In this document: in pieces, positions 14,460-25,846 of the stretch
How the letters are laid out: the number at the start of each line of letters is the position of its first letter
How positions within the stretch are numbered: the first letter of the stretch is position 1
NCBI GenBank assembly: GCA_963666515.2
Contig: OY762897.2
Location: forward strand, 832,001-896,000
Source of the DNA: Candidatus Binatia bacterium
Lineage (GTDB): Bacteria; Desulfobacterota; Binatia; UBA9968; JAJDTQ01
Direction: 5' to 3'
DNA: 64,000 nt
Program-made: the position numbers and the translations under genes
The notes under the pieces: generated by a model
What the model was told of the DNA's origin: nothing
Databases searched by the model: none
Seen by the model: only the letters and a program-made list of their open reading frames with translations

Positions 14460-17150
14460 TCAGCGTGACGGCACCTCCCCGGGAACGAGACAGGCCAAGT
14501 TCTCGACAACTGGCAACGTGAACGGGAGTTCCAGGGCTTCTATCTGCGACTCGACGTACTGCTTTGCCTTTGTCATCAGATCCGCAACGTCACACGATGG
14601 GTGCACGTCCGCAAACATCGGGCTGCGGGGTTTGTCGGCCAATGGGTTCAGGCGCTGCATCAGTTCCCAGTCACGAACCAGGACCCATTCACCGTCGCCC
14701 TCCAGCCTGGTGGCCACGACGACGGCACGAATGGGGGCCGCCGAGCCGGTGACGCGGTCCTGTACCCTGAACACGAAGATCGGCGCGTCCAGGCCCCGGA
14801 CTGCGCCGAAAGCGCCGTTCAGTTCCACCGCATCGTGAACCGCTCGGTCGACGACCCGCAGTCCGACGCCAGCGACATCTTCCCCGTCCTTCGGTTGTGT
14901 TTCCCGGGCGAAGATAAGGTCGTAGCGATTCACCACGGCGATGGAGAAGTCGTCTCTCCACTCTTCCGGCGGAAGGAAGCTCAGACGCACATCCTCCGGC
15001 TGGTCGGGGCGCCGACCACGGACCGCCAGAATCGCCTTGAAGAACGGCACGAGATCCGGAAGATCCACTAAGGGGATCTGGCCCACTACCGATCCAAAGT
15101 CGAAGCGTGCGACATGGCCGACGAGATGGCGGACTGCCTTCACTGCGTCCTCGCCGCCAAATGTCGCGGTTTCCGTATCGAACCAGTCGTGGAGCGTTTG
15201 CCCACTGAGCGTGGGATCAGCGTAGGCGAACACCTTGGTGAACATGCCCGGCGATGCCATCCCGATCACGAGTTGGCGAATATCCTCGGGGTCGTCCATT
15301 GCCCCCCGAAAAGCCAAGTTGATTCGCTCCAGCTTCTCGTCCAGGAGATCCCAGATCCGGCTCTCCACCGTGTCCGGGTTTCGCACCGTGACTACATCGA
15401 CGGGGTCAGTTTGGCCGTAGCGGCTCAAGCGGCCGACACGTTGATGCAGGCGCATCGGGTTCCACGGCAGATCAACGTGAATCAAGGCGCTACAATGTCC
15501 CTGAAGGTCGACGCCCTCGCCAGCCGCTTCGGTCGAAACAAGGAAGCGCGCGTCCCCCCGGTTGAACCGTGCTGCCGCATCCTGCCGGTCTTCCTTCCAG
15601 CTCGAGATACTGCCAGACGAATCCTGCACATCGTCAAGGGCCCCGTCTCCGTTGATGAACGTCACACATCCGTCGCCGTAGCGCTTGTTCAGCGCGCTCA
15701 TAAGCAGCGCCTGGGTCGCCTTGTACTCTGTGAAGAAGAGCACTGACCTGTCGCGGAACTCTTCGTCGACCAGCGCAAGAATCCGTCCGATTTTCGTCTC
15801 TTCAGTCACCGCGTTTGCGGCCGCCAGCAATTCCTCGAGGGCTGGAATTTCGTTTGGATTGAGATCAACTCCACGCAGACTCTCCGCCACGCGTTCTTCC
15901 AGTTGACTGATCTCGTCCATATTGGCCGGATCGTCCTCAGCCTGCAGCTCTTGCAGTCGTACCAGATCCTCGCGCGAATCCTCCAACTTGGCCTTCGCCT
16001 GCTGCAGCCGGGCAAGTCGTCGAGCGAGGGCTCGTCGCACCGCCGCCACGGAGCTCGACGCCAGCTTCTGCATCGTAATCAGGATTAGAATCACCATGCG
16101 CCGATCCTGGAAACCGAGACCGGCCGCGTATGCTTTTCCGGTCACAATGAACTGAGTAAGCTGCTCGTAGAATCGCGCCTCTTGCGGAGAATATGCGTAC
16201 GTCTCTCGCCGTGACTGCACCGGGGTGAACAGCGGCTTGCCCGACATGTTCGTGACGGATTGCTTGTTGTTGCGGATCATCACGGTCCGGAGTTTTTCGA
16301 CCTGATCCTCAAGAGGCTCCCCGGGATCGAAGTCTTCTGGTCGAAGCAGCTTCAGCAGCGACAAGAATCCCGTGTCCTTGCCCCGATGGGGCGTACCCGT
16401 AAACAGCACCAGGGACTGTACTTTGCCTCGTTCCTGTAAGCGCTCCACCAGTTGATACGACAGCGTGCGGTGACCCTGTTCATCTACGTTCAAGTGGTGG
16501 GCTTCGTCGATGAGCACCAAGTCCCAGGGTTTTGCGTCGAATAGGCGCTCCCAACGATCACCTTTGTCGAGACGCAATGTATGCGCCGAAGCGACTATTC
16601 GGTCTTGGGTATTCCAGAAGTCCGAGGTTTTCGTATCGGCAGCGGGAACGTAGATCGAGACCCGGATGTCAAACATCTCCCGCAAACGCACTTGCCACTG
16701 TTCGACCAAGTTGGCTGGCGCCAGAATAAGCACCCGGCGCACGCGCCCCGCCGACAGGAGTGGCGTGAGGATGAGACCCGCTTCGATGGTCTTGCCAAGT
16801 CCTACATCGTCCGCTACCAGCCATCGCGTAGGCCACGATTCGAGCACGCGCTTGCAGACCCAGAGCTGGTGCGGCAGCAAGGCGATACGGGATCGGGAAA
16901 AGACGCCCCAAGCGTCGTTGACGGAACGAATGCACTCGCCCAGGATTCGCGTGACGACATCCAGAGCGGGGTCGAGATGTCCGGTGGCCACGCGTTCCGC
17001 GATATCCTCCAGCAGTTGGAGGTCGGTGGCCAGGCATTCCTCTATACCGTGCTCAAATCGGACCACAACGCTGTCGCCCTGATCCACGACGACTTGGCCG
17101 GGGCCGAAGCGGGGATGTCGCACTGCGGCCTTCTCGTCAAGTTGTGTCAT
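14460..17150 (-). CDS. SNF2/RapA-like SF2 helicase (896 aa)
   Basis: ADDVGLGKT, DEAHH, TGTPH, STEAAGEGVDLQ, QRVGRLSRYGQ. ATG 17150 overlaps the upstream TGA (TGATG coupling). Confidence 0.92.
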   Translation of the reverse strand: MTQLDEKAAVRHPRFGPGQVVVDQGDSVVVRFEHGIEECLATDLQLLEDIAERVATGHLDPALDVVTRILGECIRSVNDAWGVFSRSRIALLPHQLWVCKRVLESWPTRWLVADDVGLGKTIEAGLILTPLLSAGRVRRVLILAPANLVEQWQVRLREMFDIRVSIYVPAADTKTSDFWNTQDRIVASAHTLRLDKGDRWERLFDAKPWDLVLIDEAHHLNVDEQGHRTLSYQLVERLQERGKVQSLVLFTGTPHRGKDTGFLSLLKLLRPEDFDPGEPLEDQVEKLRTVMIRNNKQSVTNMSGKPLFTPVQSRRETYAYSPQEARFYEQLTQFIVTGKAYAAGLGFQDRRMVILILITMQKLASSSVAAVRRALARRLARLQQAKAKLEDSREDLVRLQELQAEDDPANMDEISQLEERVAESLRGVDLNPNEIPALEELLAAANAVTEETKIGRILALVDEEFRDRSVLFFTEYKATQALLMSALNKRYGDGCVTFINGDGALDDVQDSSGSISSWKEDRQDAAARFNRGDARFLVSTEAAGEGVDLQGHCSALIHVDLPWNPMRLHQRVGRLSRYGQTDPVDVVTVRNPDTVESRIWDLLDEKLERINLAFRGAMDDPEDIRQLVIGMASPGMFTKVFAYADPTLSGQTLHDWFDTETATFGGEDAVKAVRHLVGHVARFDFGSVVGQIPLVDLPDLVPFFKAILAVRGRRPDQPEDVRLSFLPPEEWRDDFSIAVVNRYDLIFARETQPKDGEDVAGVGLRVVDRAVHDAVELNGAFGAVRGLDAPIFVFRVQDRVTGSAAPIRAVVVATRLEGDGEWVLVRDWELMQRLNPLADKPRSPMFADVHPSCDVADLMTKAKQYVESQIEALELPFTLPVVENLACLVPGEVPSR

Positions 17151-20100
17151 CACTGCTCCAGGCCGAACCGACGGCGCAGTTCCGCGTTCAAGGCCACGTG
17201 TCGAAGGGGTATGTCGAAAGCACAATGGAGATTTGGGGTTTCCGTCCCCAACTTGGACGCCAGAAAGTTGAATATGGCACGTGCCTTCTCCGGATTGGAA
17301 AGACTTTCTTCCGACCTCAACCCGAGAGGCCTTAGGAAATCCAGGACCTGTTCGGAAGGAACCCAGCAGTACGGGAAGAGATGTTCGCCCGTAACAACTT
17401 CCAGACGCACTAGTTCTCGAAGTACCCAGTGGAGACCCATGTTGAGGGGCGCAGGCGGGGCATCGAAGTGTGTACCCGCGCCCGTGAGCGCTTCGTCGAC
17501 GCGTGGCGCAAGCAAGTGAGTGACTGAAGAAATGCTTTCAGGACGTCGGCCCGCCGATTTGAGCAAGCGAACATATACTGCCCGATACCGACTGAGTTGG
17601 TAGATTGCGGGAAACAGCGACATCCAATGCGGATACGTCAGCTTGGCCAAGGCGGTGTCGTGCCAGTCTCGCAGCACTCCCATCCAGGCATCGGCATCGT
17701 CAGGTGCCCTGAACACGCCCCACCATCCTTTCCTGTGGGCCAGCTCGAGAAAGTTTCGGTGTTGATCGTCATTTGTACGACCAAGGCTTCGGCACGCGCC
17801 TAGCACCAGCAGGGCGAGCCAATCATCTTCAGAATCGGCTTGCAGCCTGCCCGCTAGCCCGTCTCGCCGCAACCACTCGGGCCATACGTGCTTCTCGTAG
17901 GCAGCGATCACTGCCTTGCGCTCAGTGGCATCGTCCCACCATTCCACTAGTTGCCGATAGAATGCCTGAGAATCGAGCCCAACTGGCGCTGGCGGCTCCT
18001 CTGGAACCTGGGACCGGTCGGGAAACAGGGCACCCAGAAGTCTCTGGCGACGCCAAGGTTCCTCGCATAAGTCGCCGAGCATTCCGCGGACATCCTCGTA
18101 GTGCCGAAGCCACGGTGGGCGGGCGTTGAGAGGGACGAGATACGGAAGAACACGCTCTTGCAATTCTCCATCCAACAGATAGCGAACCGCAGCGGGGCGA
18201 AGGCCTGTTTCAAGGTCCATGTACCATTTCGCAATTTCGGCGGCATCAACGCGATGCTGCATCCGAAACCATCGGAATACGCTCCAATCTTCCCTGCATT
18301 CAATGTATGCCGGATCAAGAACCCGGGCGTCGGGAGCGAAGGCAGACCGCAGGAATTCCTCCCAGTGGTCTCCGTCGGCGTCATCCCGCAATACGGAGAC
18401 TTCTCGCAGCAGCAATCTTCGCAGTGGCTGAAGGCTTCCGTCCGCTGCTTGGGCTTGAATCTTGCCTCGCCAAGCTGCGCCGTGCGGATCGTTGGACATC
18501 AGGTTCCAAGCCGGATCTTGAGAAAGAGGGCGAATTGCGTGCAGCCGAGCCGGCGTCAAACGGTAATCCCACCGTCGAGCCAGTTCCGCCAACAGGTCGC
18601 ACGGGCGAAGCGGGGTCGAGCGGATGTGATCGTCCATTCCTGGGAAGTTGCGCAGTGGAAGGAGGAGCCGCTCGGTTTCCTCCGATACGACGAGGTGGCT
18701 TTCCAACAAACGCGCGAAATCTTCATCGTCCACTTCAGCGAGGGCGGCGCATAGCTCCGGGTTGTCCAAACCATCGACTGCGACTTTCCACGACATCCCG
18801 GAATTCAGCGGGGGCAACAGTGGGGAAAATGGCGCCGGAAGTCCGGTTGGCACGACGCCACGGGCGGCCATCCATGCGGATAGCCCGCGACCGTTCCCAT
18901 GCAATCTGCAAAGAAACATCCGGCGTAGCTTGTCGGAGGTCGCCGTGCCGGAAACGAGAGCCTTCCAGAGTGACGGCAGAAAGCTTCGACCGTCAACCCC
19001 AATCATGGGTCCATTGGGTTCATACGCTGCCTGTCGAGTATCGGCCAACACTTCGTGAAGGTTGAGCAGGCCTTCTCCGAGCGCTTCGCCGAGGTCACTG
19101 ACGGCTCGAAGGGTCGTATCGTCATCGAGCGACACATGGGTTCTGCCAGGGTCGAGCTTGAAGGGTCCGTTAACGACGTATCCGCAGCCCCAACTCTCGC
19201 TCGTGGGCGTGACGTTCCAGAGAAACGGCACATCCGGGTTGAAAGCGGTGGGAACGCCATCTCGAAGCCCGATGGCCAACGCTGTGGTACCCATATTGTC
19301 CCGTCCCGCGTCCGCAGGTCGGAAACGAAGGACTCGCCAGCGGCCGGGATGGTTGGGGAAATCGGTCTCGGCACCGATCGACCACCCGGGCGCGCCGTCG
19401 ATCTGCTTTCCGTCGAAGACGTGGGTCCCGGGAAACGGTCCGCCCTCCACAACGACTTCTTGCACCTGCCGTGCGAATACTGGCAACAGGACACGCGCGC
19501 AGGCAAAACGACCGAACATCTCCGAGATCAGCGTGTGTGCTTCGACATCCGAGCGCAGGGGCAGCCGGACGCGCGTTGCTCGACGGCCTTCAACCATCCA
19601 TGAATCCACATTGTCGGCGACGGCCTGTTCCTGCGGCAGTAACCCTCCGGCAATGGAGAAGGCGATGAAGCCGCTGACCACGGACGGAGACGACGAGACG
19701 AGGTGGACGGATTTGAAGCCGAGGCCAAAGCGCCCGGTGGTCGAAGATGAAGAGGACTCTCCAGGAGCCTCGCCGGGTTTGCCGCTCAGATTCATGAGCA
19801 TCATGAAATAGAGGTCCTGATCCCACTGACGCTCTCGCCCGGCGGGGAATACAGCGCCGCCAGAGTCGTTGATCGGACGCCCCCAGTGCATGATGTCCAC
19901 GGTGGGTACGCCGCCATGTTCGTGGATTCGGACAAAGAGACGACGGGTGGCAAGAGGCAGCGGTCCGCCGTTGATCTCGGCGGCCTCTGCAAGCGCGTCG
20001 TCGGCGTTCTGCACGAGTTCCAACAGCACGCTGTCGCGTCCGTAGCCGTAGCGCCGCATCATCTCGTTGACTCGCTTCCAAAGGAATGTCCGATGCTCGG

Positions 20101-23100
20101 GCGCTTCGACGAGGGACGCCAAGTGGTCCAGGGCTTCTCTCTCGATCTTGAGCTTGACCAAGTTGATCGGCTGTGCCTGCTCCCGCTTCCTTTGCGCCTG
20201 CTCGGCCTTCCTGAGGGCGTCCCTGAGCGGTTCGTTGTCCTTGACATCGAGCTGTTGAAGCGTGAGCGGCAGATGCGCCTTGATAGAGGCTAGCACGGGA
20301 GCGAGGTTCGCTTGGGAGGTGGTGCTCCATCGGGACCACCAACGGTTTACCTGCTCGCGGTCCAGCTTAAGGTACCCGCAGGCCCATCTCTCGACGGTGC
20401 CGCCGAGCAGGTGCAAGAGTTCGGACGTGGAGCGGTTCTGCGGCTCGACGTCACGCAGAGTGATCTCCCAGAAGGGGCCAAGCGGCTTGAGCATATACTG
20501 CGAGCGGGGGTACCGAATGGGGTCGATGGCGAACAGCGTGTCGTCGTCGGGTTCGGCTTCCATCTCCAGCTGTGATCCCAGGACATTGACCGCACTCACA
20601 CGGTCACTATGCGCGACCTGTGGTCGGACGAAGACACTGATATCTGCACAGGGATCCTGTCCGCTCGGGCCGACGAATTCGCTACGTATTGCGTCGATGC
20701 TGACGTCTTCGCCAAGCCATTGCTCAGCAAGCGTCGCGATAGTCCCGTGCAGGCCGCTGCCCAGCAAACTGAGGAATGCACCGACAGCGGCGGGCTGGAG
20801 TCGTCCACGCCAAGGCTCGAAGTACTTTTCCAACGTGTCCAGTCCGTAGCCACCCCAGCCGGGTTGGATAAGTTCCGGTCCAGGGCTCCGGTCGTCGCCG
20901 GTAAGTTGGAGAATTGGGCGGAGTTCGGAAACCAGGCGGTGCCGACGCGCGATGCCGGTTTCGGATCGTGCGACGTCGCGGCTCTCATGCCAATTGCCGT
21001 CCTGGGTCGGTAGGTGGATTTTTGGCAGGACATGCGTGAAAAAGTTTTCCGTCTTTGCGAAACAGCCCAAGAGTGTGAGGAACATACGCCCGTCGGAAGA
21101 TCCCTTCGGCGGTCTTTTGTCGGCAAGGCCGGTCAGCATTTGGATCTGACGGTTCGGGGGGATAGGCGCACAGAGTGCTTTTGCCAACCTCAAGAGCAGT
21201 TCCGAATCATCTCCGAGTCCACCGTCACCGTGTCGCAGAACATTCTTGACGAAGTGCACCAGCTTCCATCCGCGATGGCTGCTGGAGAGCGTCGTTTCAA
21301 GTGCGCACTCGAGCAACGGAACGGTGACCAGTTCTGGTTGCGGTAGGACAAGCCACGCGCCGTCATCCACCTGCGCAACCTTGTCGGAATCCAGGGCGTC
21401 GACCATCCGCCGTACTTGGATGTTGCGATTTGGTCGCCCAAGTGCTTCGCGGACCACCGGCTCCGCTACGCGCCAAATCTCTCGCTCGACGATGTCGGGA
21501 AGCCGCTTGTCCTTAAGGGCACCGGCCGCCGCGAGGTCGGCGATGGCATCCAGCACTGCTTGCGGGGCGACGAGCACCGCATCCGGCGCAAGACCCCCGC
21601 CATCGCGACGCGGGAGCCAACATCCGTCCCTCAGTAGTCCACGCAGTACACGGACTTGCGGCAGCGTCATTTGGCCGTCGGCGGGACATACCGCCTGCAC
21701 GATCTGCCTGGCAAAACGCCACGGACGCGAATCCTCCAGCATGAGTCGAAGGACGCCGTCGCGGTCCATGACGGGAAGGGACTCGTAGAGATGGGCAAGC
21801 TGGGGATACGGATCCAGGATGCGCACTTCTGCAGCGAGTTCCGGCGGCAATGGAAATTCGTCCGTCGCCCCCGTCGAACGCCGTGCGAGTTGATCGAACG
21901 CCCCGCGACTTCCGTCAACGCCCCGGTGAAGTGGCATCCTTTGCCAGCGTCGGCGATCCTCCGGTTCAGGGCTGTACAAGCTTCGGAGTAGAAGCAGTGC
22001 CTCCTCGTTGCCAAGCACCGTCCAGTCGACAGGTTGTTCCAGGCAGAGGCAGTCACCGAGAATCCGATGTAGCACTTTGAGGTCGGCCCGACTGACGGAT
22101 AGTGCGTTGGCGAGATCTTGTGAAATCGTATCGACCCACCTGCCTTGAACCGTGCGCCATGACTGGTCCATGAGTCGCAACAGGATGGCCAGTGCTCGCG
22201 CATTGTCGTCGTCGCCGTGGAAAAGCTCGGTATCCTGCCCGACGACATCTACCGCGCGCCCTGCAAGGAGCGCACGTGCGGCCAAACGAACACTGTCGTT
22301 GTCCGTGATGTTCGGCGCGAGCCGATTGAGCAGCCGTGTCCGATGGGCAGGCTCGGCGAACCGTTCGGCTCGAAGCACTGCAGCGGCCAATGCCTCTGGT
22401 GTGGGTGACGGCGCATCGGCGATGGATCCCACCACGTCACCGCTCACGAACCAAGCGGCTTCGTCGAGCGCCTTCGCAAGTTCCATGACGGCCTGCTTCG
22501 GATCGGCGAGTCGTTCCGGCCGGATTCTGTCTGTGCCGTTGGAGTCCGTAAACTCCGAAGCCGGACTGGCGAATACCCGGCGGTTCTCGATTTGGCGGCG
22601 CAACTCGACGATGGACCAAGCTTCCTCCCGATCCTCCGGTAACCTGACCGCCCGCAGCAACGGCACCTTAACCAGATGCTGAACCATGGGGTGGTTATGT
22701 CGTCGTCTGGATAGCAGCGTCTCGGCAAGGACAAGCCGGGAGTGCCGCAATGGCTCCGATTCGCCTTCCACTTCCAAGCGTCGTCCCAAGGTCAACAGCG
22801 CACGATCCAACCGTTCCTGGTCAAGCTGCGGGGCCGTCGGCGACCCCTCTGGACGCCGTCCGAACGGCAGCGGGAACAGCCCTTCGCCTATCATCTCTTC
22901 TGCAGCAAGCTCGACAACGGCCTGTTGGCTTTCCACAGGTGTTTCGACCAGCCACGCCTTCGGCAGCCCGTGGCACAGATCTCGCCACGCCTCCCGCAAC
23001 TCGTCGCGAGATTCTCTCGAGACTGAACGTCGGGTCGTATGGGCAAGCGCGCCGTCGCCGATCTTTCCCGCAAGCCATCGAGCGACTGCGGCGGCGCGTA

Positions 23101-24130
23101 TATCTCCGTCACGGGCGTCCTGACCGATGACATGGAAGACAACTCCCTTGATCCAATGCAGAGATTGCAGAGACCCGAACACGTCGCCCGGAATGCAGTT
23201 CAGGAGGCGTTCGAGCGGGTCGACGGTCCAATCGTCGAGGTCACCTGCGAAACGGGGGACAGCGTCGTCGATGAACACGTCATCGCCCGTGCGTTGGCTG
23301 CAAGGGTCCACGAACTGCCTGCGAACAGCCTCGGGCGCCTGACTCCACTTTGGGATCGACAGAACAGGACGTGCATTCGCGTCAAGCGCTCTCCATCGAA
23401 CCCCGTCGGTCGCAACAACTGGTAGGAGCCAATGTCGTCGGGTGACGAACTCCAAGCGGTTCTTGACCATTTCCGAGCCGATGACCGCCTCTAGCAGCCT
23501 CCGTACTGCGCGCTCGCCGACTCCATCTACCGCATTGGCGAGGGCGCTTGGCAGCAAAGGAAGCAGCAGCTCTTCGCACAGCGTCCTGTTCCAACGAACG
23601 CGCATGTCACGTTCACTTGCGGCATCGCCAATATCGTCGGTGACGCCGGGAATGGACCGGCGGTCCTGGGACGGCCAGAAGTAGCCGCACAGGATGATTT
23701 CCCAGGCAGGCGAGGGACCGTGGCTCTCCACGATCGCACTGGAACTCGGCTCGGGATCGTCGTCCAGCGGCAGGAACACGGCCCAGCGGAGCCGTGTTCC
23801 CGAAAGCTGGTCATCCAAGTCGCTGGGTCGCAGTACGGTAACTGCGGCGTGAGCGAGAGCCTTCCGCGGCACCGGGGAGTAGCGACCGTGTCGCCACTGC
23901 GGGGATTGCGGCCAATCGGGCTGCGACCGGAGTCGAGACAAGCTTTCGTTGCCGCGTACCTCGATTCCTGCGACGGACCAGCTCCGATTGTCGGAGATAA
24001 TTTCGCCCTCGAAGGCCTGGTCCGAGAAATACCCGCGGTCGTCCGTATATCGCCCGACCCATCCCACCGTCTGCCGGGTCACACACACTAGCGAGGCTTC
24101 GCCTCAGACCGACGAGGGGGTAAGGGGATT

Positions 24131-24234
24131 GGCTCCGGTCGCTTGTAGCAGGGATTGAATCCCTGGTCATGGGACCTTGCAAGGTCGGACCTCAAAGGGT
24201 CAAATGGGCATAAAAGCCCGAAGCAACCGGAGCC
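24131..24234 (+). promoter_or_regulatory. Highly structured leader (five-way junction) sequestering the RBS of the element ORF
   Basis: 13/14-bp closing stem (24131-24144 with 24221-24234) enclosing four hairpins; GGAG lies in the 3' arm just before ATG 24239. Confidence 0.65.
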
Positions 24235-24238
24235 GGAC

Positions 24239-25846
24239 ATGAGCCTACCACAAACCGTAGCGGAAGTATTGCGCGATCACGTGACGCTGGAATACGAGTC
24301 GGTGGATCGCCTGTACTTGAACCTGTATGTGCCGCAGTTGCAGAGCGTGGGCGGGGTAGTGGGGTATCTGCACAAGCACCATGGCCAGCGGTTTGCGTCG
24401 ACGGTGGCGCTGGCGCCCAAGAGTCGGGAGTTCGTGCAGGCGGTGAAGGACTTTGCGGAGCGGGAGCAGATCGAGGTGGTGCACTTCAAGAAGGGCCAGC
24501 GCAAGGACGAGGTGACGCAGGAGTACCTGGGGCGGTTCAAGGGAACCGAAGGGGTTTTGTACATCGGGATAGCGCAGGAGAAGGCCCGTGTGATGCGCAC
24601 CGAGCGGCGCCGGAACCCGGACACCGGGGTCACCTATCCGTGGGTGGTCTCGTCTACCGCGATGGTCAACCATGTGTATTTCTATTGCGTGGACAAACAG
24701 GCGGGGCCGTTCTTCATCAAGTTCTGCACCTACTTCCCGTACAACGGCAAGCTGTGCCTCAACGGCAACGAGTACGCCAAGTGCCAGTTGCGCGAGCGCG
24801 GCATCCCGTTCGAGGCTTTGGACAACGGCGTGCGCTGCTGCGGAGACCCCGAGGCGCTGCAACAGATCTGCGAAGGCTTCGATGCCGCTTTCATCGACAG
24901 ACTGGCGCGCAAGTGGTTCGATCGCCTGCCGCATCCGTATACGCCTCAGGACCGTCGCGCCGGTCTGCGCTACGACATCTCCATCCTGCAAGCGGAGTTC
25001 AGCCTGACCCAGGTGCTCGACCGCCCGGCCTCGGGCCGCGTCTTTTTCGAGGACGTGATCCGCGAGAACCTCGATCTCGGTCGCCCCAGCCAGGTGCAGT
25101 TGATCTTCCAGCGCCGGGTCACCCGGCGCACCCCCGGTCGGTTCCGTACCCGGGTCATCACCGCAGGCGTCACCCCTTCCTTGCACGTGGACTACAAGCA
25201 CTCGCGCATCAAGCAGTACCACAAGGAAGGGCAGGCGCTGCGCACCGAGACCACCGTCAACGACACCTATGACTTCGCCCTGGGCCGGCGGCTGTCTAAC
25301 CTGGCGGCGTTGTGCCAGGTCGGCTTCACAGCCAACCGTCGTCTGTTGCAGATAGAAACCATCAGCCACGACTGTGCCCTGGGTGAAGACGAACTCCAAC
25401 GCCATCAACGCGGCCTGGAGTTCCACGGACAACGCGCCTCGGCCCTGCGCTTCGCCGATGAGCGCGTGCAGGCTCTGATGCAGGCCCTGCTCTTGTTCAC
25501 TCTTTCGGCCCGCGGCTTCTCCAACCGCGACCTGCGCGGGCACCTCGGTGCACTCCTGGGCCTCGATCCCAGTCCAATGCGCCCGGGCCGAATGAGTTAC
25601 GACCTGAGACGCCTGCGCCTGCACGGCCTGATCGAGCGCATCCCCGGCGCCTACCGCTACCACTTGACCGAACACGGCCTCAAGGTGGCGATGTTCTACA
25701 CGCGTGTCTACAACCGCATCCTTCGCCCCGGCCTGGCCCATCTTGCGCCCGACGCCGTGAGCGGCAATACCAAGACCCATCGGCGCTTTGCCGCCATCAC
25801 CAGGAACCTCGATGCCATTTGCGATGAGGCGAAGCTCGTCGCTTAA
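24239..25846 (+). CDS. Putative transposase of unclassified type (535 aa; Rep_trans-like Y-K...R-E motifs, C-terminal winged HTH)
   Basis: Only coherent ORF in the element: VDRLYLNL, QAEFSLTQ, SRIKQYHKEGQALRTETTVN, and wHTH-like GFSNRDLR...SYDLRRLRLHGLIERIPGAYRYHLT. GGAG precedes the ATG. Confidence 0.75.
   Translation: MSLPQTVAEVLRDHVTLEYESVDRLYLNLYVPQLQSVGGVVGYLHKHHGQRFASTVALAPKSREFVQAVKDFAEREQIEVVHFKKGQRKDEVTQEYLGRFKGTEGVLYIGIAQEKARVMRTERRRNPDTGVTYPWVVSSTAMVNHVYFYCVDKQAGPFFIKFCTYFPYNGKLCLNGNEYAKCQLRERGIPFEALDNGVRCCGDPEALQQICEGFDAAFIDRLARKWFDRLPHPYTPQDRRAGLRYDISILQAEFSLTQVLDRPASGRVFFEDVIRENLDLGRPSQVQLIFQRRVTRRTPGRFRTRVITAGVTPSLHVDYKHSRIKQYHKEGQALRTETTVNDTYDFALGRRLSNLAALCQVGFTANRRLLQIETISHDCALGEDELQRHQRGLEFHGQRASALRFADERVQALMQALLLFTLSARGFSNRDLRGHLGALLGLDPSPMRPGRMSYDLRRLRLHGLIERIPGAYRYHLTEHGLKVAMFYTRVYNRILRPGLAHLAPDAVSGNTKTHRRFAAITRNLDAICDEAKLVA

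Noticed and set aside
14251-14460. Possible small gene or att site at the left island edge
   Set aside because: No convincing ORF, tRNA fragment or long direct repeat matching the other edge.
17150-24088. 2312-aa ORF as a complete gene
   Set aside because: Its GTG start lies at the insertion junction; it is the C-terminal part of the split gene.
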